DNA from: Blautia sp. | Lineage (GTDB): Bacteria > Bacillota > Clostridia > Lachnospirales > Lachnospiraceae | Assembly: GCA_022769545.1 (NCBI GenBank) | Contig: JALEJS010000046.1 | Location: 2,388-66,387 of the forward strand | DNA length: 64,000 nt | Direction: 5' to 3' | In this document: piece by piece, positions 26,300 to 38,244 of the stretch | Layout of the letters: every line of letters starts with the position of its first letter | Numbering within the stretch: position 1 is the stretch's first letter | Program-made: the position numbers and the translations under genes | The notes under the pieces: generated by a model | Seen by the model: the letters and a program-made list of their open reading frames with translations, nothing else | Databases searched by the model: none | Told to the model about the DNA's origin: nothing

Positions 26300-29200
26300 T
26301 TATTTCTTTTTGGAAGACTTCTTTGCAGAATGCCGGGAAGTCTTTGCCTTTTCGGGGCTCTGTTCCTGCCGGGGCAGGTTCTTTACTGCTGTGCTAAGCA
26401 TCAGTTTGATACGGTTCAGCTGGTTTACCTCACTGGCGCCGGGATCATAGTCGATGGCCACGATATTGGCCTGCGGATGCGTCCGGCGAATTTCCTTTAT
26501 GACACCTTTTCCGACGATGTGATTCGGCAGACAGCCAAACGGCTGAATGCAGACGATGTTTGGCACACCGCCGTGAATCAGTTCCATCATTTCACCGGTC
26601 AGGAACCATCCCTCCCCGGTCTGGTTTCCGGTGGATACGATCGGCTCTGCCATTCTGGCAAGATCCCGGATGTCTGCGGACGGTGTGAAATGACGGCTTT
26701 CCGCGAACGCTTCATTTGCCGTTTTGCGAACCATCTCGATGGCGCGGATCCCCATGTTGGCAATTACTGCTTTTGATTTTTTGAAGCCCAGTTTTTCCAC
26801 TTTGAAATTCTGGTTATAGAAGCAGTAGTTGATAAAGTCAATCAGATCCGGGCAGACAGCCTCGGCCCCTTCGGCTTCCAGAAGCTCTGCCAGGTGATTG
26901 TTGGCAGCAGGAAGGAATTTTACCAGGATTTCTCCCACAATGCCTACGCGCGGCTTGATCTCTCCGGTCGTAGGGATGGTGTCGAAATCGTGAATCATTT
27001 CCCGGCACATTTTTTTGAATCGCTTGTACGTCATGTCGCTTCCTGTTACAAAAGCGATGGAACGGCGCTCCCAGATTTTGTGCTTCCGGTTTACGATTCC
27101 TTTTTCTGCTTCATAAGGGCGCATGCGGTAGACACATTTCATCAGAATATCTCCGAACACGGCACCGTAGACAACACGTTTGATCAGCGGAAGCGTCAGC
27201 TTGAATCCGGGATTGCTCTCCAGGCCGCTCAAATTGATGGAAATCACCGGGATCTGCTCCATACCGGCTTTTTTCAGTGCCCGGCGGATAAATGCGATAT
27301 AATTGGAAGCACGGCATCCGCCGCCTGTCTGAGACATAATGACAGCAGTACGGTTAAGATCGTATTTTCCGGAGAGCAGTGCATCCATGATCTGTCCTAC
27401 GACGATCAGAGAAGGATAGCAGGCATCGTTATTCACATATTTCAGTCCCACATCCACAGCACTCTTATTGCTGTTTGGAAGTACCTCCAGATTGTACCCG
27501 CTGGCATTAAATGCTTCCTGAAGAATCGTGAAATGGAACGGGGACATCTGCGGACAGAGGATGGTGTAGTTTCTGCGCATTTCCTTCGTGAATACAACTT
27601 TGTGGATGGATGCCGGGTGGATGATCCGCTTTTTGTGCTGGGATTCCTTGGCGCGGATTGCGGCAAGAAGAGAGCGGACTCGGATTCTTGCGGCTCCCAG
27701 ATTGTTTACTTCATCAATTTTCAGGCAGGTATATATCTTTCCGCTGCCGTCCAGAATTTCATATACTTCGTCTGTGGTAACGGCATCCAGTCCACAGCCG
27801 AAGGAATTGAGCTGAATCAGGTCCAGATTGTCCCTGGTTTTCACAAAGTTTGCTGCCGCATAAAGGCGGGAGTGGTACATCCACTGGTCATTGACACGGA
27901 TCGGACGTTCAATGGGAGCCAGGTGGGAAACGGAATCCTCGGTAAATACGGCAACACCGTAGCTGGTGATCAGATCCGGGATGCCATGATGGATTTCCGG
28001 ATCAATGTGGTAGGGACGTCCGGCGAGTACAATTCCTCTGCGCCCGGTTTTTTCCAGGTATTCCAGAGTCTCTTCGCCTTTTTTCTGAATGTCTTTATGT
28101 ACGTTCCCCAGCTCTGTCCAGGCCTTGTGCGCAGCTGCTTTTACTTCTGCTGCAGGAATATCGTGAAATTCCTCCACCAGACGATCCGTCAGAATTTCTT
28201 CTGAGGTAAGCGCCAGGAAAGGATTGCGGAAATCAATGGAAGGATCGTTCAGCTCATCCACGTTATTTTTGATGTTTTCCGCATAGGAGGTAACGATCGG
28301 ACAGTTATAGTGGTTGACTGCATCCGGGAACTCCTCGCGCTCGTAGGGAATACATGGGTAGAAAATAAACGTTACACCCTGTTTCAGAAGCCAGCTCACA
28401 TGTCCGTGGGCAAGCTTTGCCGGATAGCATTCCGATTCACTGGGAATGGATTCAATGCCCATTTCGTAAATCTTCCGTGTGGAAGTGGGAGAGAGAACCA
28501 CCTGATATTTCAGTTCTGTAAAGAATGTATACCAGAACGGATAGTTCTCAAACATGTTCAGAACGCGGGGGATGCCCACCTTTCCACGGACAGCCTCTTC
28601 CTCGGTCAGAGGCTTGTAGCCGAAGATTCTTTTATATTTGTACTCGTAAAGATTGGGAATGTGATCCTTGTTTTTTTCCTGACCAATGCCTCTTTCGCAG
28701 CGGTTGCCGCTGATAAACCGGCGTCCGCCGGAAAATTTATTGATGGTAAGGCGGCAGTTGTTGGTGCAGCCGCGGCAGTTCGCCATGGAAGTTGTATATT
28801 CCAGACAGTTGATCTCGGCAATGGACAGCATGGAACTGCGTTTTCCCTTTACATAACGCTCTCTCGCGATCAGAGCAGCTCCGAAGGCACCCATGATGCC
28901 GGCGATATCAGGACGAATTGCTTCGCAGTTTGCGATTTTTTCAAAGCTTCGAAGGACTGCGTCGTTGTAGAAGGTACCGCCCTGCACCACAATGTGATGT
29001 CCAAGCTCCGTCGCATCAGAGACCTTGATCACCTTGTACAGCGCGTTTTTGATGACAGAATAGGCGAGTCCTGCCGAGATATCTGCAACAGAGGCACCTT
29101 CTTTCTGAGCCTGTTTTACTTTGGAATTCATGAAAACGGTGCACCGGGTACCCAGATCAATGGGATGCTCCGCAAAAAGAGCAGCCCTGGCAAAATCCTG

Positions 29201-30589
29201 TACACTGTAATTCAGAGATTTGGCGAAGGTTTCAATAAAGGAACCGCAGCCGGAGGAGCATGCCTCGTTTAGCTGTACGCTGTCAACAGTCTGGTTTTTG
29301 ATCTTGATGCATTTCATATCCTGACCGCCGATGTCCAGAATACAGTCCACATCCGGATCAAAGAATGCAGCCGCATAGTAGTGGGATACCGTTTCCACTT
29401 CCCCTTCGTCCAGCAAAAGCGCAGCCTTAATCAGTGCTTCACCGTATCCGGTGGAGCAGGAATGCACAATGCGTGCACCTTTTGGAAGAAGACGGTAGAT
29501 TTCCTGGATGGATGTAATCGTGGTTTTCAGAGGGTTCCCGTTGTTGTTGCTGTAGAAAGAATAAAGCAGAGAGCCGTCTTCCGCCACCAGAGCCGTTTTC
29601 GTCGTGGTGGATCCGGCATCAATACCGAGATAACAGTTACCCTTATAGGAGGCCAGATCTCTGGTAGTAACTTTATATGCGCTCTGACGTTTGTGGAACG
29701 CCTGATATTCCTCTTTGGAGGAGAACAGCGGTTCCATACGCTCGACTTCAAATTCCATTTTTACGGAATTGCGGAGGCGGTCCTTCAGTTCTGTGAGAGA
29801 AACAAAAACCTCTTCTTTGGCATTCATGGCAGATCCCATGGCGGCAAACAGATGAGAGTTTTCCGGAGTGATGGAATGCTCATCGTCCAGTTTCAGAGTA
29901 CGGACAAAGGCTGCCTTCAGTTCGGAAAGGAAGTGCAGCGGACCGCCGAGAAATGCCACGTGGCCGCGAATGGGCTTTCCGCAGGCAAGACCGGATATAG
30001 TCTGATTGACGACAGCCTGAAAAATGGATGCGGAAAGATCCTCTTTCGTGGCACCGTCATTGATCAGAGGCTGGATGTCTGTTTTTGCGAAGACACCGCA
30101 GCGGGCGGCAATGGGGTAGAGTGCCTTGTAGTTTTTGGCGTATTCGTTCAGTCCGGAAGCGTCACTCTGGAGAAGGGAGGCCATCTGGTCGATGAAAGAT
30201 CCGGTACCTCCGGCGCAGATTCCGTTCATACGCTGTTCCACATTTCCGTTTTCAAAATAGATGATCTTTGCGTCCTCGCCGCCAAGCTCAATGGCGACAT
30301 CGGTCTGAGGTGCAAGCTTCTGAAGCGCGGTGGATACGGCAATGACTTCCTGGACAAATGGAATTTCAAGGTTATTTGCCAGAGCCAGTCCGCCGGAACC
30401 GGTAATCACCGGATGAAGGGTTATCTCACCCAGCTTTTCCTGGGCTTTCTGAAGCAGATCTGCCAGTGTTTCCTGGATGTTGGCAAAATGTCTCTCATAA
30501 TCTGCGAAAAGAAGGGTTTCGTTTTCATCAAGAATTGCAATTTTGACAGTGGTGGATCCAATGTCAATTCCTAATGTGTAATAACTCAT
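26300..30589 (-). CDS. Fusion protein: two BcrAD/BadFG-type activase ATPase domains plus 2-hydroxyacyl-CoA-dehydratase-like/DUF2229-like domains
   Basis: Two ASKHA starts, [17 protein letters not shown] and [17 protein letters not shown], are followed by a Cys-rich segment ([11 protein letters not shown]) and a roughly 800-aa dehydratase-like region. 1429 aa. Confidence 0.8.
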   Translation of the reverse strand: MSYYTLGIDIGSTTVKIAILDENETLLFADYERHFANIQETLADLLQKAQEKLGEITLHPVITGSGGLALANNLEIPFVQEVIAVSTALQKLAPQTDVAIELGGEDAKIIYFENGNVEQRMNGICAGGTGSFIDQMASLLQSDASGLNEYAKNYKALYPIAARCGVFAKTDIQPLINDGATKEDLSASIFQAVVNQTISGLACGKPIRGHVAFLGGPLHFLSELKAAFVRTLKLDDEHSITPENSHLFAAMGSAMNAKEEVFVSLTELKDRLRNSVKMEFEVERMEPLFSSKEEYQAFHKRQSAYKVTTRDLASYKGNCYLGIDAGSTTTKTALVAEDGSLLYSFYSNNNGNPLKTTITSIQEIYRLLPKGARIVHSCSTGYGEALIKAALLLDEGEVETVSHYYAAAFFDPDVDCILDIGGQDMKCIKIKNQTVDSVQLNEACSSGCGSFIETFAKSLNYSVQDFARAALFAEHPIDLGTRCTVFMNSKVKQAQKEGASVADISAGLAYSVIKNALYKVIKVSDATELGHHIVVQGGTFYNDAVLRSFEKIANCEAIRPDIAGIMGAFGAALIARERYVKGKRSSMLSIAEINCLEYTTSMANCRGCTNNCRLTINKFSGGRRFISGNRCERGIGQEKNKDHIPNLYEYKYKRIFGYKPLTEEEAVRGKVGIPRVLNMFENYPFWYTFFTELKYQVVLSPTSTRKIYEMGIESIPSESECYPAKLAHGHVSWLLKQGVTFIFYPCIPYEREEFPDAVNHYNCPIVTSYAENIKNNVDELNDPSIDFRNPFLALTSEEILTDRLVEEFHDIPAAEVKAAAHKAWTELGNVHKDIQKKGEETLEYLEKTGRRGIVLAGRPYHIDPEIHHGIPDLITSYGVAVFTEDSVSHLAPIERPIRVNDQWMYHSRLYAAANFVKTRDNLDLIQLNSFGCGLDAVTTDEVYEILDGSGKIYTCLKIDEVNNLGAARIRVRSLLAAIRAKESQHKKRIIHPASIHKVVFTKEMRRNYTILCPQMSPFHFTILQEAFNASGYNLEVLPNSNKSAVDVGLKYVNNDACYPSLIVVGQIMDALLSGKYDLNRTAVIMSQTGGGCRASNYIAFIRRALKKAGMEQIPVISINLSGLESNPGFKLTLPLIKRVVYGAVFGDILMKCVYRMRPYEAEKGIVNRKHKIWERRSIAFVTGSDMTYKRFKKMCREMIHDFDTIPTTGEIKPRVGIVGEILVKFLPAANNHLAELLEAEGAEAVCPDLIDFINYCFYNQNFKVEKLGFKKSKAVIANMGIRAIEMVRKTANEAFAESRHFTPSADIRDLARMAEPIVSTGNQTGEGWFLTGEMMELIHGGVPNIVCIQPFGCLPNHIVGKGVIKEIRRTHPQANIVAIDYDPGASEVNQLNRIKLMLSTAVKNLPRQEQSPEKAKTSRHSAKKSSKKK

Positions 30590-30780
30590 AAAATTAATTA
30601 TGCCTCCTCATAAGGTAAAACTGGTTTATAAAAACTATGTGTTCTTTCATATTAATAATGTGCATCTGTTAAAGACCCATACCCCGTATTATACGATATG
30701 GGTTTCAAAATGGCAATGTAAAAGTTTAACAATGATTACGGGAGATAGCGGGAGAGAAAAAGTAGTTTTGATGAAATTCA

Positions 30781-30809
30781 TTGAAAAAGGAAGAGGGGAA
30801 TAGTATAAT
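30781..30809 (+). promoter_or_regulatory. Candidate promoter for tgt
   Basis: TTGAAA, 17-nt spacer, TATAAT. Confidence 0.4.
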
Positions 30810-30880
30810 AGAATATATTTTGGTCTGGGTGTCATCGGCAGTATATGACTATGATACCAGAAAAAATCCAGGAGGAAAGA

Positions 30881-32029
30881 ATGGCGGAATATAAACTGAT
30901 AAAAACACAGGGACGTGCCAAGAGGGCAGAATTCCATACGGTTCACGGGACGATCCAGACACCGGTATTTATGAATGTGGGTACGGTGGCTGCGATTAAG
31001 GGCGCAGTATCTACCATGGATCTGAGGGAAATCGGAACGCAGGTAGAGCTTTCCAATACGTATCATCTGCATGTGCGTCCGGGCGACGACAAGGTGAAAG
31101 CCATGGGCGGTCTTCATAAGTTCATGAACTGGGACAGGCCGATCCTCACAGATTCCGGCGGCTTTCAGGTCTTTTCCCTTGCAAAGCTTCGAAAGATCAA
31201 AGAAGAGGGAGTCTATTTCAATTCCCATATTGACGGGCGAAAGATCTTTATGGGACCGGAGCAGAGTATGCAGATTCAGTCCAACCTGGCATCCACCATT
31301 GCCATGGCATTCGATGAGTGTCCAAGCTCTGTGGCAGAGAGAAGCTATGTGCAGCAGTCTGTGGAGCGCACTACAAGATGGCTGAAGCGCTGTAAGGAGG
31401 AGATGGCCAGACTGAATTCGCTGGAAGATACCATCAATAAAGAACAGCTTCTGTTTGGAATCAATCAGGGCGCGGTCTATGAGGATATCCGAAAAGAGCA
31501 TGCGGACGAAATTTCTGAGCTGAATCTGGACGGATATGCCGTGGGAGGCCTGGCGGTGGGAGAATCCCATGAGGAGATGTACCGGATCCTAGATGAGGTA
31601 GTGCCCCATCTGCCGCAGAATAAACCGACGTATCTGATGGGAGTGGGAACTCCGGCCAATATTCTGGAGGGCGTAGAGCGGGGAATCGATTTCTTCGACT
31701 GTGTGTATCCAAGCCGGAACGGACGGCATGGTCATGTGTATACAAACCGCGGAAAACGGAACCTTTTTAATGCACAGTATGAGCTGGACAGCCGGCCGAT
31801 TGCAGAGGACTGTCAGTGTCCCGCCTGCCGAAATTACAGCAGAGGATATATCCGACATCTTCTGAAGGCGAAGGAAATGCTGGGAATGCGGCTGTGTGTG
31901 CTGCATAATCTTTATTTCTACAATCATCTGATGGAGGAGATCCGGGATGCACTGGATGCCGGAAATTTCCCGGAATATAAAAAAATGCGTCTGGAAGGCT
32001 TTGAGGAAGGAAAGATAAACGGCAGATAA
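30881..32029 (+). CDS. tgt: Queuine tRNA-ribosyltransferase
   Basis: TDSGGFQV and LMGVGTP motifs, plus the zinc site CQCPACRNYSRGYIRHL. AGGAGG RBS before MAEYKL. Confidence 0.96.
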   Translation: MAEYKLIKTQGRAKRAEFHTVHGTIQTPVFMNVGTVAAIKGAVSTMDLREIGTQVELSNTYHLHVRPGDDKVKAMGGLHKFMNWDRPILTDSGGFQVFSLAKLRKIKEEGVYFNSHIDGRKIFMGPEQSMQIQSNLASTIAMAFDECPSSVAERSYVQQSVERTTRWLKRCKEEMARLNSLEDTINKEQLLFGINQGAVYEDIRKEHADEISELNLDGYAVGGLAVGESHEEMYRILDEVVPHLPQNKPTYLMGVGTPANILEGVERGIDFFDCVYPSRNGRHGHVYTNRGKRNLFNAQYELDSRPIAEDCQCPACRNYSRGYIRHLLKAKEMLGMRLCVLHNLYFYNHLMEEIRDALDAGNFPEYKKMRLEGFEEGKINGR

Positions 32030-32179
32030 GCGGCGGAGGAAGATTCTGCAGAAGGTTTCTGCGTGAAATATTTATAAACTACTTGAAGAAATGCGTTTTT
32101 TTGTGTATGATACTCTATAATGCGGACAGATGATGAAAAGATGTCCGGCAGTGATTTTATTTAACAGGAGGATTTGAAA

Positions 32180-32476
32180 ATGGCAGAAGGCGGAGCAAGT
32201 ATGGGATTTGCCATCGTGTGGATGGTTGTTCTTTTTGGAGTAATGTATTTCCTGATGATTCGTCCACAGAAAAAAGAGCAGAAGAGACTGCAGGCTATGC
32301 TGAACAGTATGGAAGTAGGTGACAGTGTTGTAACCACAAGCGGCTTCTATGGTGTGATTCTGGATATGACAGAAGAGGATGTGATTGTGGAGTTCGGAAA
32401 CAATAAAAACTGCAGAATTCCCATGAGAAAGCAGGCAATTGCCGAGGTCGAGAAAGCGGATCAGGCGTCTGCATAG
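32180..32476 (+). CDS. yajC: Preprotein translocase subunit YajC
   Basis: Single TM segment followed by YFLMIRPQKKEQKR...GDSVVTTSGFYGVI. Conserved tgt-yajC linkage. Confidence 0.9.
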   Translation: MAEGGASMGFAIVWMVVLFGVMYFLMIRPQKKEQKRLQAMLNSMEVGDSVVTTSGFYGVILDMTEEDVIVEFGNNKNCRIPMRKQAIAEVEKADQASA

Positions 32477-32485
32477 AGAAATAAG

Positions 32486-32527
32486 GGGGTAAGTGTCATA
32501 ATAAATATGGCATTTACCTCTTTTTTA
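32486..32527 (+). terminator. Intrinsic terminator after yajC
   Basis: A 12-bp stem (three G-U pairs) followed by TTTTTTAT. Confidence 0.6.
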
Positions 32528-32573
32528 TACAAAAATATTTCATTTTGCAGACATTCTTTTTCACTTTACCGGG

Positions 32574-32602
32574 TTGAAATCTTGGATAAAGTGCGTTATT
32601 AT
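32574..32602 (+). promoter_or_regulatory. Candidate promoter for leuB-ilvD-ilvB-serC-serA
   Basis: TTGAAA, 17-nt spacer, TATTAT. Confidence 0.35.
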
Positions 32603-32695
32603 TATAACAATACTCTGAAAAGACCGTAGAAAGAAGTCGCTTTCAGGGAAAAATGCGGTGAAGGAACTACCGTAAAAGAGAGAGGAAAGACGATA

Positions 32696-33778
32696 ATGGA
32701 ATACAAGATAGCGTTGATCCCTGGCGATGGGATCGGACCGGAAATTGTCAGAGAAGCAAAAAAAGTTCTGGATAAGATCTGTGAGAAATATGGACATTCC
32801 TTTTCGTATCAGGAGGTCCTCCTTGGCGGGGCATCCATCGATGTTCATGGCGTGCCGCTGACAGAGGAAGCAATTGCACAGGCAAAAGCATCGGACGCTG
32901 TTCTGATGGGTTCTATCGGCGGAGATGCAAAAACATCTCCATGGTATCAGCTGGAGCCGTCCAGACGCCCGGAAGCTGGTCTTCTGGCAATTCGTAAGGC
33001 ACTGAATCTTTTTGCAAATTTAAGACCTGCATATTTATACAATGAGCTCAGAGCAGCCTGCCCTCTTCGGGATGAGATCATCGGAGAAGGCTTTGACATG
33101 ATCATTGTGCGGGAACTGACAGGCGGCCTTTACTTTGGTGAGCGCAGGACCATTGAAGAGGATGGGGTAAAAAAAGCCATCGATACGCTCGCCTATAATG
33201 AAAATGAAATTCGCCGGATCGCAGTAAAGGCATTTGAGATCGCAGGCAAGAGAAGAAAAAAAGTTACCAGTGTGGACAAGGCAAATGTTCTGGATTCCTC
33301 CAGACTCTGGAGAAAGGTTGTCGAGGAAGTGGCGGCTGATTACCCGGATATCACACTGGAGCATATGCTGGTGGACAACTGTGCCATGCAGCTGGTACGT
33401 GATCCGAAACAGTTTGATGTGATCCTTACGGAAAACATGTTCGGAGATATTCTTTCGGATGAAGCCAGCATGGTGACCGGCTCCATCGGAATGCTGTCCT
33501 CTGCCAGCCTGAATGAGACGAAATTTGGTCTTTATGAGCCGAGTCACGGCTCTGCACCGGATATTGCGGGACAGAATAAGGCAAACCCGATTGCAACCAT
33601 TCTTTCCGCAGCCATGATGCTTCGTTTTTCACTGGATCTTGACAAAGAAGCAGATGATGTGGAGGCAGCTGTACAGAAGGTTCTTACGGCAGGATACCGC
33701 ACCGGTGACATCATGTCTGACGGATGTACCCTGGTCGGAACCGTGCAGATGGGAGATCTTATCGCAGCAGAAATTTAA
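32696..33778 (+). CDS. leuB: 3-isopropylmalate dehydrogenase
   Basis: [13 protein letters not shown] and [25 protein letters not shown] motifs. Confidence 0.95.
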   Translation: MEYKIALIPGDGIGPEIVREAKKVLDKICEKYGHSFSYQEVLLGGASIDVHGVPLTEEAIAQAKASDAVLMGSIGGDAKTSPWYQLEPSRRPEAGLLAIRKALNLFANLRPAYLYNELRAACPLRDEIIGEGFDMIIVRELTGGLYFGERRTIEEDGVKKAIDTLAYNENEIRRIAVKAFEIAGKRRKKVTSVDKANVLDSSRLWRKVVEEVAADYPDITLEHMLVDNCAMQLVRDPKQFDVILTENMFGDILSDEASMVTGSIGMLSSASLNETKFGLYEPSHGSAPDIAGQNKANPIATILSAAMMLRFSLDLDKEADDVEAAVQKVLTAGYRTGDIMSDGCTLVGTVQMGDLIAAEI

Positions 33779-33800
33779 TACATAAAAGGAGAAAAAGACT

Positions 33801-35474
33801 ATGAAAAGTGATGCAGTAAAGAAGGGATCTCAGCAGGCACCTCATCGTTCTCTGTTTAATGCCCTGGGGTTCACAAAAGAAGAACTGGATCGTCCTCTGG
33901 TAGGAATTGTCAGTTCCTATAATGAAATCGTACCGGGTCACATGAATCTGGATAAAATTGTAGAAGCAGTGAAGCAGGGAGTTGCCATGGCAGGCGGAAC
34001 ACCGGTGGTATTTCCGGCAATCGCAGTCTGTGACGGAATTGCCATGGGACATACCGGAATGAAATATTCCCTCGTTACCCGTGACCTGATCGCAGATTCC
34101 ACAGAAGCAATGGCGATCGCACATCAGTTTGATGCCCTTGTGATGGTCCCGAACTGTGACAAAAATGTTCCCGGACTTCTGATGGCAGCCGCACGGGTAA
34201 ACGTGCCGACCGTCTTTGTCAGCGGCGGTCCTATGATGGCCGGCCATGTCCAGGGACATAAGACCAGCCTTTCCAGTATGTTTGAGGCAGTGGGAGCCTA
34301 TGCGGCAGGAACACTTTCGGAAGAAGGACTTCTGGAATATGAAAACAAGACCTGTCCGACCTGCGGTTCCTGTTCCGGAATGTATACGGCAAACAGTATG
34401 AACTGTCTGACCGAGGCTCTTGGTATGGGACTTCGTGGAAACGGAACCATTCCGGCCGTATATTCCGAGCGCATCCGTCTTGCAAAGCACGCCGGAATGC
34501 AGGTTATGGAAATGTACAGAAGAAATATCCGTCCCAGAGATATCATGACACAGGATGCGATTCTGAATGCATTGACGGTTGATATGGCACTGGGCTGCTC
34601 CACGAACAGTATGCTTCATCTTCCGGCAATCGCGCATGAGATCGGAATGGATTTTGACATCAGCTTTGCGAATGAGATCAGCGCAAAGACACCGAATCTC
34701 TGTCATCTGGCACCGGCAGGCCCGACCTATATGGAGGATCTGAATGAGGCCGGCGGCGTTTATGCGGTGATGAACGAGCTGAACAAGCTGGGACTTCTTC
34801 ATACAGACTGTATGACTGTGACAGGAAAAACCGTGGGTGAAAATATTGAAAACTGTATCAATCTGAATCCGGAAGTAATCCGTCCGGTGGATCATCCATA
34901 CAGCCAGACCGGTGGACTTGCCGTTCTGAAAGGAAACCTTGCTCCGGACGGCGGTGTGGTAAAACGTTCTGCAGTTGTGGAAGAGATGATGGTGCATGAA
35001 GGACCGGCACGTGTCTTTGACTGCGAGGAAGATGCCATTGCGGCTATCAAAGGCGGAAAGATCGTGGCTGGTGACGTGGTCGTTATCCGTTATGAGGGAC
35101 CAAAAGGCGGTCCGGGTATGCGTGAAATGCTGAATCCGACTTCCGCAATTGCCGGCATGGGCCTGGGATCTTCTGTGGCACTGATCACAGACGGAAGATT
35201 CAGCGGAGCATCCAGAGGCGCTTCCATCGGACATGTCTCTCCGGAAGCAGCAGTGGGAGGACCTATTGCACTTGTGGAAGAAGGCGATATCATCAGCATC
35301 AACATTCCGGAGCTGAAGCTGGAAGTAAAGGTTTCTGATGAGGAAATGCAGGCAAGAAAAGAAAAATGGCAGCCTCGTGAGCCGCGCATTACGACAGGCT
35401 ATCTGTCGAGATATGCGGCGATGGTAACATCCGGCAACAGAGGAGCCATTCTGGAAGTACCGAAGGCGAAATAA
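33801..35474 (+). CDS. ilvD: Dihydroxy-acid dehydratase
   Basis: [15 protein letters not shown] and TDGRFSG motifs. 557 aa. Confidence 0.96.
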   Translation: MKSDAVKKGSQQAPHRSLFNALGFTKEELDRPLVGIVSSYNEIVPGHMNLDKIVEAVKQGVAMAGGTPVVFPAIAVCDGIAMGHTGMKYSLVTRDLIADSTEAMAIAHQFDALVMVPNCDKNVPGLLMAAARVNVPTVFVSGGPMMAGHVQGHKTSLSSMFEAVGAYAAGTLSEEGLLEYENKTCPTCGSCSGMYTANSMNCLTEALGMGLRGNGTIPAVYSERIRLAKHAGMQVMEMYRRNIRPRDIMTQDAILNALTVDMALGCSTNSMLHLPAIAHEIGMDFDISFANEISAKTPNLCHLAPAGPTYMEDLNEAGGVYAVMNELNKLGLLHTDCMTVTGKTVGENIENCINLNPEVIRPVDHPYSQTGGLAVLKGNLAPDGGVVKRSAVVEEMMVHEGPARVFDCEEDAIAAIKGGKIVAGDVVVIRYEGPKGGPGMREMLNPTSAIAGMGLGSSVALITDGRFSGASRGASIGHVSPEAAVGGPIALVEEGDIISINIPELKLEVKVSDEEMQARKEKWQPREPRITTGYLSRYAAMVTSGNRGAILEVPKAK

Positions 35475-35486
35475 GGAGGAAAACAA

Positions 35487-37178
35487 ATGCAGTTAACAGG
35501 AGCGGAAATCGTTGTAGAATGTCTGATCGAACAGGGCGTGGATACGGTGTTCGGATATCCGGGCGGTGCGATCCTGAATGTCTATGACGCGCTTTATAAA
35601 TATCAGGACAAGATTTATCATGTGCTGACATCCCATGAGCAGGGCGCATCCCATGCGGCGGACGGATATGCCCGTGCGACCGGAAAAGTTGGTGTGTGTC
35701 TGGCAACCTCCGGTCCGGGAGCCACAAATCTGGTAACCGGAATTGCAACCGCGATGATGGACTCAGTTCCTATGGTGGCCATTACCTGTAATGTGGGAAA
35801 ATCTCTTCTCGGAAAGGATTCCTTCCAGGAAGTGGACATTGCCGGCATCGTGATGCCCATTACGAAGCACAGCTTTATCGTGAAGGATATCGAAAGTCTG
35901 GCAGATACCATGAGAAAAGCATTTTATATTGCAAGAAGCGGACGTCCGGGCCCGGTTCTGGTGGATGTGACAAAAGACGTCACCGGTGCTGTCTGGGAAT
36001 ATGAGCCGCGTCGTCCTGCTACCGTGACCCGTGAGGTGGGCAATATCCGCAAAGAAGATCTTGATTCGGCGGTAGAGATGATCAAGGCTGCGAAACAGCC
36101 GTTTATTTTCCTGGGCGGCGGTGCTGTTATCTCCGGCGCATCTGAGGAGATCCGGGAGCTTGCGAGAAAAATTGATGCCCCGGTTTGTGACAGTCTGATG
36201 GGAAAAGGCGCATTTCCGGGAGATGATCCGCTTTATACCGGTATGCTTGGAATGCATGGTACGAAGGCTTCGAATCTCGGAGTGACAAAATCAGATCTTC
36301 TGATCGTCCTGGGAGCACGTTTCAGTGACCGTGTGACCGGAAATGCCAATACCTTTGCCAAAAACGCAAAGATTCTTCAGGTCGATGTGGATGCGGCTGA
36401 GATTAATAAAAATGTGATGGTGGATACTGCGATCGTGGGAGATGTGAGAGAAGTTCTTCGACGCCTTCTGAAAGAAATTCCGGAGAAAAAACATCCGGAG
36501 TGGATCTCCTATATCCAGGAGCTGAAGGAAAATTATCCTTTGAAATATGACCACACACAGCTTACCGGCCCGTACATTATTGAGAAGCTGTATGAGCTGA
36601 CAAAAGGAGATGCAATCATCACCACAGATGTGGGACAGCATCAGATGTGGGCTGCACAGTATTATAAATATAAAGAACCGCGTACATTACTTACCTCCGG
36701 TGGTCTTGGAACCATGGGATATGGTCTCGGGGCAGCAATCGGAGCAAAGACAGGATGTCCGGACAAAACCGTTGTCAATATTGCAGGTGACGGCTGTTTC
36801 CGAATGAACATGAATGAGATCGCAACAGCTGTACGCTGCGGCAGACCGCTGGTTCAGATCGTGTTGAACAATCATGTACTCGGTATGGTGCGTCAGTGGC
36901 AGACGCTTTTCTATGGAAAGAGGTATTCCCACACGATTCTGGATGACTCCGTAGATTTCGTGAAGGTATCAGAGGCTATGGGTGCAGAGGCAATTCGTGT
37001 GACAAAAATGGAAGAGGTTGAGCCCGCGCTGAAAAGAGCACTTTCTGCCAGCGGACCGGTGGTGCTGGATTGCTGGATCGACCAGAATCTCAGTGTATTC
37101 CCGATGGTGCCGGCAGGTGCAAATATTGATGATGTTTTTGACGAGGAGGACATGAAAAAAGATGAGCAGAGTATATAA
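35487..37178 (+). CDS. ilvB: Acetolactate synthase, large (catalytic) subunit
   Basis: ThDP-enzyme layout with the GDGCFRMNMNEIAT ThDP motif. 563 aa. Confidence 0.9.
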   Translation: MQLTGAEIVVECLIEQGVDTVFGYPGGAILNVYDALYKYQDKIYHVLTSHEQGASHAADGYARATGKVGVCLATSGPGATNLVTGIATAMMDSVPMVAITCNVGKSLLGKDSFQEVDIAGIVMPITKHSFIVKDIESLADTMRKAFYIARSGRPGPVLVDVTKDVTGAVWEYEPRRPATVTREVGNIRKEDLDSAVEMIKAAKQPFIFLGGGAVISGASEEIRELARKIDAPVCDSLMGKGAFPGDDPLYTGMLGMHGTKASNLGVTKSDLLIVLGARFSDRVTGNANTFAKNAKILQVDVDAAEINKNVMVDTAIVGDVREVLRRLLKEIPEKKHPEWISYIQELKENYPLKYDHTQLTGPYIIEKLYELTKGDAIITTDVGQHQMWAAQYYKYKEPRTLLTSGGLGTMGYGLGAAIGAKTGCPDKTVVNIAGDGCFRMNMNEIATAVRCGRPLVQIVLNNHVLGMVRQWQTLFYGKRYSHTILDDSVDFVKVSEAMGAEAIRVTKMEEVEPALKRALSASGPVVLDCWIDQNLSVFPMVPAGANIDDVFDEEDMKKDEQSI

Positions 37179-38244
37179 TTTTTCTGCAGGACCGGCAGTG
37201 CTTCCGGAACCGGTATTAGAAGAGCTTGCTGCGGAGATGCTGGATTATAACGGAACCGGGATGTCGGTAATGGAAATGAGCCACAGAAGCGCTGCGTTTC
37301 AGCAGATCATTGATGAGGCAGAGCAGGATCTTCGCGATCTGATGCACATTCCGGATAACTATAAAGTTCTTTTTCTTCAGGGAGGAGCATCCCAGCAGTT
37401 TGCGATGATCCCGATGAATCTGATGAAGAACAAAGTGGCTGATTATATCGTGACCGGACAGTGGGCGAAGAAAGCTTACCAGGAGGCTCAGAAATACGGA
37501 AAGGCAAATAAGATCGCTTCTTCGGAAGACAAAACCTTTTCTTATATTCCGGACTGCAGTGATCTTCCGATCAGTGAAGATGCGGATTATGTATATATCT
37601 GTGAGAACAATACGATTTATGGAACAAAATTTAAGGAACTTCCCAATACGAAAGGCAAAACACTGGTAGCAGACGTTTCTTCCTGTTTCCTGTCTGAGCC
37701 TGTGGATGTTTCCAGATATGGAATCATCTATGGAGGAGTTCAGAAAAATATCGGCCCGGCCGGAATGGTAATTGTGATCATCCGTGAGGATCTGATCACA
37801 GATACCCCTCTGGAAGGAACGCCGACCATGCTGACATACAAAACACATGCAGATGCGGGATCTCTTTACAATACGCCGAATTCCTACTGCATTTATGTGT
37901 GCGGCAAGGTGTTCAAATGGCTGAAGGCCATGGGCGGACTGGAAGAGATGCAGAGAAGAAATATTGAAAAAGCAAAAATTCTCTACGATTTTCTTGACAG
38001 CAGCAGGCTTTTTAAAGGGACCGTTGTTCCGAAAGACCGTTCGCTTATGAATGTTCCTTTTGTGACCGGCGATAAGGAGCTGGATGCGAAATTTGTGAAG
38101 GAAGCCACGGCAGCAGGTCTTGTAAATCTGAAAGGCCATCGCAGTGTTGGCGGTATGCGCGCAAGTATTTACAATGCCATGCCAAAAGAGGGTGTCATTG
38201 CCCTTGTGGAATTCATGAAAAAATTTGAGGAGGAGAATGTATAA
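37162..38244 (+). CDS. serC: Phosphoserine aminotransferase
   Basis: MSRVYNFSAGPAVLPEPVL and GGVQKNIGPAG (PLP-lysine context). Overlaps the ilvB 3' end by 17 nt. Confidence 0.95.
   Translation: MSRVYNFSAGPAVLPEPVLEELAAEMLDYNGTGMSVMEMSHRSAAFQQIIDEAEQDLRDLMHIPDNYKVLFLQGGASQQFAMIPMNLMKNKVADYIVTGQWAKKAYQEAQKYGKANKIASSEDKTFSYIPDCSDLPISEDADYVYICENNTIYGTKFKELPNTKGKTLVADVSSCFLSEPVDVSRYGIIYGGVQKNIGPAGMVIVIIREDLITDTPLEGTPTMLTYKTHADAGSLYNTPNSYCIYVCGKVFKWLKAMGGLEEMQRRNIEKAKILYDFLDSSRLFKGTVVPKDRSLMNVPFVTGDKELDAKFVKEATAAGLVNLKGHRSVGGMRASIYNAMPKEGVIALVEFMKKFEEENV

Noticed and set aside
26894-30574. Long plus-strand ORFs (436, 320 and 397 aa) inside the activase gene. Similar antisense ORFs occur opposite ppk1 (14461..16056), ilvD (33759..35486), ftsH (55365..56924), polA/coaE (59536..60702), the udk-like gene (4179..5507) and pheA (9789..10943).
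   Set aside because: All overlap well-supported genes on the other strand, lack RBSs and recognisable domains, and show the same skewed shadow-frame composition. I treated them as non-coding.
30810-30880. A preQ1 riboswitch in the tgt leader.
   Set aside because: The putative stem (TGGTCTGGGTGTCAT / ATGACTATGATACCA) pairs poorly, and the preQ1-I/II consensus loops are not present.
32528-32695. A Leu/Ile T-box or leader-peptide attenuator ahead of leuB.
   Set aside because: No T-box sequence (GGTGGTACCGCG), no AGAGA/GNUGNNA elements, no Leu/Ile/Val-rich mini-ORF and no terminator hairpin.
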